A stretch of DNA of 43,608 bases, taken from the NCBI RefSeq assembly GCF_001194135.2, contig NC_068988.1, positions 48,602,197-48,645,804 of the forward strand, written 5' to 3'. Source of the stretch: Octopus bimaculoides (lineage: Eukaryota). Positions 38,821 through 43,608 of this stretch are shown here, one piece after another (position 1 is the stretch's first letter; the number at the start of each line of letters is the position of its first letter). A program made the translations under genes and the position numbers. The notes under the pieces were generated by a model, which worked only from the letters and a program-made list of their open reading frames with translations, was not told the DNA's origin and did not search any database.

Positions 38821-39269
38821 ATGTGTGTGTGTGTGTGTACACATATGTATGTATACCTGCATGTATGTATGCATACATGTATGTATGTATACATGTATGT
38901 ATAGACACTGCACATACGTATCTTTTTTTTCCATATAATAACACTCGGCATTCTCATATTTCTTTACTCGCTTCATATTTTTATAGCATTTTTATTTCCT
39001 TTTCTCTCCTCTCTCTTTCCTTTTCATTGTCGTTGTTTACGTCTTTCTTACTATTTGTATTTGTTACCGAATCTTGTTACCGGATTCTTTCAGCAGACAT
39101 CTTCAGACAAATACAACTTTGCAAAGACGACAATGTTTTCCCAATGCTGCTATATAGCTTTATTTAAAAGCTATTTTGTGAAGTTCACAACTCAATTAAC
39201 AAGTTTCTAGTTTAGTAAACACTTAGAACATATGTAATATAAAATCCAGTAATAGACCACACATATACC

Positions 39270-39480
39270 TCTACTTTGTTCATACATCTTCCGTCAAAAG
39301 TAGATGAAAAACGGAATGAAACTAAACACTCCACTTACATCTGGTGTTTGAAAGAACATGACATAGATTTCGATATCATGGGGTAGATCATCAAGAGATA
39401 CATACCATACAGAAATAATTCAATATTGATCCTCAAGCTGAGAAAATGTTTGAGTATCTCTCAGAAAGTTACATAAAATG
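39270..39480 (+). mobile_element. Penelope-like element GIY-YIG endonuclease C-terminal fragment
   Basis: HTSS/KVDEKRNETKHSTYIWCLKEHDIDFDI, then in other frames IIKRYIPYRNNS and AEKMF. This resembles the PLE pattern NH..SF...K.N.T.LS.YIW.LK....Y.I.W.I.....PY.N....C.LC..EK. Confidence 0.6.
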
Positions 39481-39846
39481 TTTAGTCTTCGATATGCAAC
39501 TTGTGATTCATTAGAAGATTAGCATGGGAAGATTACCTTCTGATACATGAAAGGTCTAGTTAAGTAATTAAGAAGAATCACCGTCTCTTTATCACCGTAC
39601 ACCTTTTTAAATATATATTTCTTTTCGAGTAACTTAAGAGATTATATTCATCGGTATCTTACAGTTTTATTTATATTTCCATTCGCATTTGGATATAGTT
39701 TCTTATTTTTTTTTACTTTGGAGATGTACATGCATAGCTAGTATTTTGATGTTAAATGGTTTGCTGAAACTAAAGCGAATTAGCTGGAAAACATTATTTA
39801 AGCATTCAAAAACACACAAAGACCGTCACCTTTACTTAAATATTTG

Positions 39847-41175
39847 CGAAGGGGTACCCAAAAGTAACCGGAAATGTTCTCTCTGGAACAAGCTCTTTCT
39901 AATTCGAGCTTTCGCCGCTACAAGCCATTTGATGTAACCCTCAAGCCTCAGTGTGATGATTAGTGTCGTCCGATGACATCATAGTGCTACGTGTTACATC
40001 TTTGTTTTGCAGTGCTTCTCCTCTGTTTGTCGATTTTTCCGATGGCTGAAACGAGGGAACAGTGTGCTTCAGTGAAAGTCTGCTTTCTGCTGGGGAAAAC
40101 GACGGCTGAAATAGTGTTTATGCTTCAAACAGCTTACAAGGAAGCTGCCATGAGGAAAAGAAAGTTTACAAGTGGTTTCCAGGTTTTAAGAATGGTCACT
40201 TGTCATTTTAAGACCTACCTCGTTCTGAACGACCACCGACCGCACAAACGAATGAAACATCATGAAAATTCATGAGCTGACCTTTGAGGATCGTCACCGA
40301 ACAATTGACGAATTTGTTGATATGACTAATGTGTCCTGGAGCTCCTGCCAACGAATTTTGAGAGAGGAATTGCGAATAAAATGAGTAGAAGAAAAATGTG
40401 TGCCTCGCTTGTTCACGGAAGAACAAAAGCAGTCCCGACTGAATGCGTGTCGTGAAGTGAAAAGACAGTTGAAAGTTGACCCGGACGATTTTTCGAAGGT
40501 CATTACTGGTGACGAAAACTGGTGTCACGGCTACGACCCGGAAACGAAGCAGCAATCAAGTCAATGGAAACATTCGAGGTCACCACGGCCCAAAAAGGCG
40601 CGTCAAGTCAAATCCAACGTGAACTTGATGTTGATTTGTATCATCAATGTGAAAGGAATTGTCCACTAACAATTTCTTCTTCCTGGTCAACTATTAACAA
40701 GACATTTTACATGGCAGTTCTGAAGCTTGGCATTTTACTTGGCAGTTTGCAAGATACGGTGCAGCGAAAAGGCCCCAACCTGTGGCAAAATGGGGAGTGG
40801 TCGTTTCATTACGACAATGCGCCTAACCACACCACCTTGAGTGTGAGACAGTTTTTGACCAAAAATGGTATGATCTCGCTTACCTATTTGCTCGATCTTG
40901 TTTCCTGTGAAAGTTCGTTTTGTGCCACGAATGAGAAAAGTCCTTAAAGGAAAATGCTTTGCAGATGTGGAAGAGGTGATGAAAACAACGACAGAGGCGT
41001 TAAAAAGCATCACTTAACAAGAGTTCCAGGATTGCTTCGAACAGTGGAAAATGCGTTCGGACCGATGCACTGCTTCAAATGGATAATAATTTGAAGGAGA
41101 TAAAAGTGCAAACATGTACATCGAAGTGAATAAAATAATATTGCAAAAATTGCGGCTTCTTTTGGGTAACCCTCG
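39847..41175 (+). mobile_element. Full-length (~1.33 kb) degenerate mariner DNA transposon
   Basis: Imperfect TIRs: cgaaggggtacccaaaagtaaccggaa (5') and the reverse complement of ttgcggcttcttttgggtaaccctcg (3'). TA follows the 3' end. The interior is a transposase pseudogene. Confidence 0.93.
40042..41135 (+). pseudogene. Mariner (DD34D family) transposase, frameshifted with stops
   Basis: Fragments across frames: EQCASVKVCFLLGKTTAE (N-terminal HTH), PRLFTEEQKQSRL, VITGDENWCHGYDPETKQQSSQW (first D; YDPETK motif), KKARQVKS, WSFHYDNAPNHT (second D) and YLLDLVSCESSF (degenerate YSPDLAPCDF, third D replaced). Confidence 0.9.
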
Positions 41176-41177
41176 TA

Positions 41178-41305
41178 TTTGTAATATGGAGACGAATTTT
41201 TCGCCGCTCGAAACTGCGACCGGTTCACTGAGGAGAAGCAGAAACGTTTTTGCCAAGGAAGAGTTCGAGGTTTGAGCAACGAAAATTTTGTCACCATATT
41301 ACAAA
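41178..41305. mobile_element. ~128 bp MITE-like element with ~40 bp imperfect terminal inverted repeats
   Basis: tttgtaatatggagacgaatttttcgccgctcgaaac matches the reverse complement of gtttgagcaacgaaaattttgtcaccatattacaaa. It begins just after the TA at the mariner 3' end. Confidence 0.6.
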
Positions 41306-41533
41306 TAAATGTTTAAGTGAAAGTTGCCGTCTGTGTGTTCTGAATGGCAATCGCGTCGTTTTTATTTACTTTTTTTTTCCTATTCACTAAACATATTATA
41401 ATTTTAGGTATTTAACTGTTCACAGACCAGTGAAAATGAATCAGCAATATTTATATATAATGAGCAGTACTGTGTATAACAATGTAACCTATAACGCAAT
41501 AGCGGGGGAGTTTACATGATGATTCGAACGAGG

Positions 41534-41574
<41 letters not shown>

Positions 41575-42227
41575 AACAGTTATACCGATGATTGCTTGGC
41601 AAAAGCTCTTAGCATANNNNNNNNNNNNNNNNNNNNNNNNNNNNNNNNNNNNNNNNGGGGGGGGGGGGGTGAGGTGTCTGTATGCGTGAATGAGTTACTG
41701 CATAAATGTGCTGCGCTTATGCTTATGAATCTATGTACACTTAAAACAATTCCATCCTTTGAAGTAAAGATTATTGTTACTTAGATTCTATTATCTCAAT
41801 ATCTATGTGGTCATTCTCTGTTTTTCTGTTTATAAACCTATCTAGCATAGGAAGACATAAACAAATACTAACACATACCTACATAGTTACCTATCTACTT
41901 ATATACATACATTCGTACATACATACATACATGTATGTGTGTGTGTGTGTGTGGGTGCTTATGTTGGCGATACTTGTACTTTTGAGCACATCGTTGTAGA
42001 AGATTACAGATATTTATTCATTCTGAACCTTTGAACAGTATGAGTCATAAATTAATTATTTGTGGTTGGCGTGGTTGTCTCTATTGGACAGTGATGAAAA
42101 TATTGGAGCAGCATGAGATGTTCCACATTTTTTTAGCCCATTCACATATATGACGAAGAGAGATGGGGGAGATAGAATGAGAGAGAGCGAGAGAGAACAT
42201 TTGAGAGGGAGAATGAGACAGATTAGT

Positions 42228-42362
42228 TGCAGTACTTGACCGATACATTATTTATCTAACACCAAGCGGATGAAAAACAATTTTGGTCTAGGTGGGATTT
42301 GAACTCAGATCACATGGATCAGGATCACATAATGCAAAGTATTGTATACGGCATTCCAACTG
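42228..42362 (-). mobile_element. Highly decayed OK-like SINE
   Basis: Plus strand shows gggatttgaactcaga (reverse complement of the B box) and gcggatgaaaaac (reverse complement of the core). Confidence 0.5.
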
Positions 42363-42838
42363 GGCGCATACATGCACAAAAAGAGAATTTTTTCCCTTTC
42401 ATACATACATATATGCGCAAGAATGTGTGTGTGTGTATTTATTTGCAAGTATTTCGAATGCATCTCAAAAGCTGTATCCTCCACAAAAACTTCATGCTCT
42501 CTCTTTCACCATACACGCGCGTAAAGAAATTCCAATGGCTGGAAACTTAACTGATTGATCACTGGGTCTTGATCGTATACCCTACGATCTTTACTGTTTC
42601 AAGCCAAACTTTATCACTAATGTCTTGACAGTTATGTATTAAAACTGATGATAGACTTGGAATATTCTACATTCTTTGTTTCACATAGATTCTGGTTAAG
42701 TTCCTCACCAATATTTTGGCACTTAACGCCGGTAGTTTAGTTGGAGTCAGAAGAAAAATGTGTTAAACTCGACAATTTTACCTCATATGATACATCATAG
42801 AGATGACCAGTACGGCTTTGTTAGAACTCTGATAAATT

Positions 42839-43047
42839 AAGGCGGAGCTAACAGAAACGTTGCAACGCCGGGCGAAATGGTTAACGGTGTTTCGTCTGAC
42901 ATTACGTTCTGAGTTCAAATTCCGCCGAGGTCAACTATGCTTTTCATCCTTTCTGGGTGGATAAATTAAGTACCAGTTCCGTACTGGTACGATCGAATCG
43001 ACTGGCCCCCTTCCCAAACATTTCGAGCTTTGTGCCTAGAGTAGAAA
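42839..43047 (+). mobile_element. tRNA-derived SINE (OK-like) with perfect 16-bp TSD
   Basis: Same head, B box and core as the 10490 element. agaactctgataaatt occurs at 42823-42838 and 43048-43063. Confidence 0.9.
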
Positions 43048-43114
43048 AGAACTCTGATAAATTCAGAGCACAGTAAACTGTATTACCAGTGCTACAGGTT
43101 CCTTTATCGCAATC

Positions 43115-43198
43115 TATGAGGTACCTTGATGCTAAAGAAGATGCAGTTTGTATTTATATGAGGTACTTTGATGCTATAGAAGATGCAGTTTGTATTAT
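43115..43198 (+). repeat. 42-bp tandem duplication
   Basis: tatgaggtac(c/t)ttgatgcta(a/t)agaagatgcagtttgtatt occurs twice, period 42. Confidence 0.9.
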
Positions 43199-43594
43199 AC
43201 CGCTATGGTATCGGAGACATCGAAACTCAAGATGATCACCTTTCCGGAGCATCGACGAGAAAGGTCTGAGCCACTCCTTCTAGTAGACCTTCAGATCGAG
43301 TATTCTGACAAATTTCCAAATACCCTAACTGTTATGTTTCCCTCGGGTGACTCGTAGAGATAACATAACGAGTTATACAGTTTAATTATTACATTTATTG
43401 TTCAATTACATACAAAGAACGCACTCACCCAATGTTCGTTATGAATAAACAAAAGTCATGTCCGCCATATATATATCAATGACATTTTACTACGACAGTC
43501 CCACAAGACAACAACAATGAAACAATGAACTCAGACGAACCACATGACACACGGAACGTCAGACGAATTACATATCTAACAGTCCATATAACAC

Positions 43595-43608
43595 TAACCC
43601 TAACCCTT
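43595..43608 (+). repeat. Two telomere-like (TAACCC) units at the window end
   Basis: ...ctaaccctaaccctt; the orientation is opposite to a true right-end telomere. Confidence 0.5.

Noticed and set aside
41656-41669. Poly-G run as a G-quadruplex element
   Set aside because: It directly abuts an N gap and is likely a sequencing or assembly artefact.
43325-43375. Minus-strand gttatgtt...gaaacataac resembling a type III hammerhead
   Set aside because: The 21 nt between lack CUGANGA, so it is only a hairpin.
43595-43608. True chromosome telomere
   Set aside because: There are only two units and the strand orientation is wrong for a right end.

Overview
AT-rich, gap-riddled eukaryotic sequence, most likely from a coleoid cephalopod (Octopus-like). 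That call rests on recalled resemblance of its tRNA-derived SINEs to the octopus OK/OR families and on very dense (TA)n, (CA)n, (GA)n, (GATA)n and trinucleotide repeats. No gene could be named. Most long ORFs in the track are artefacts of N runs or microsatellites. Recognisable content is mobile DNA: about ten SINE copies, a full-length dead mariner (39847-41175), R4/Dong-type non-LTR 3' fragments next to (TAA)n, a Helitron Rep fragment, a probable gypsy gag-pro relic and a Penelope-like GIY-YIG fragment. The most interesting signal is a head-to-head inverted pair of type I hammerhead ribozymes at 33.82-34.09 kb. One copy has an intact catalytic core and the other carries a G12A change. A second, unrelated ~660 bp spacer-less palindrome at 26.24-26.90 kb carries a degenerate hammerhead-like motif at the same outward-facing position in both arms. 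Both sit in (TA)n tracts, suggesting fold-back, ribozyme-bearing, Penelope-derived elements. A few candidate exons are reported at low confidence.
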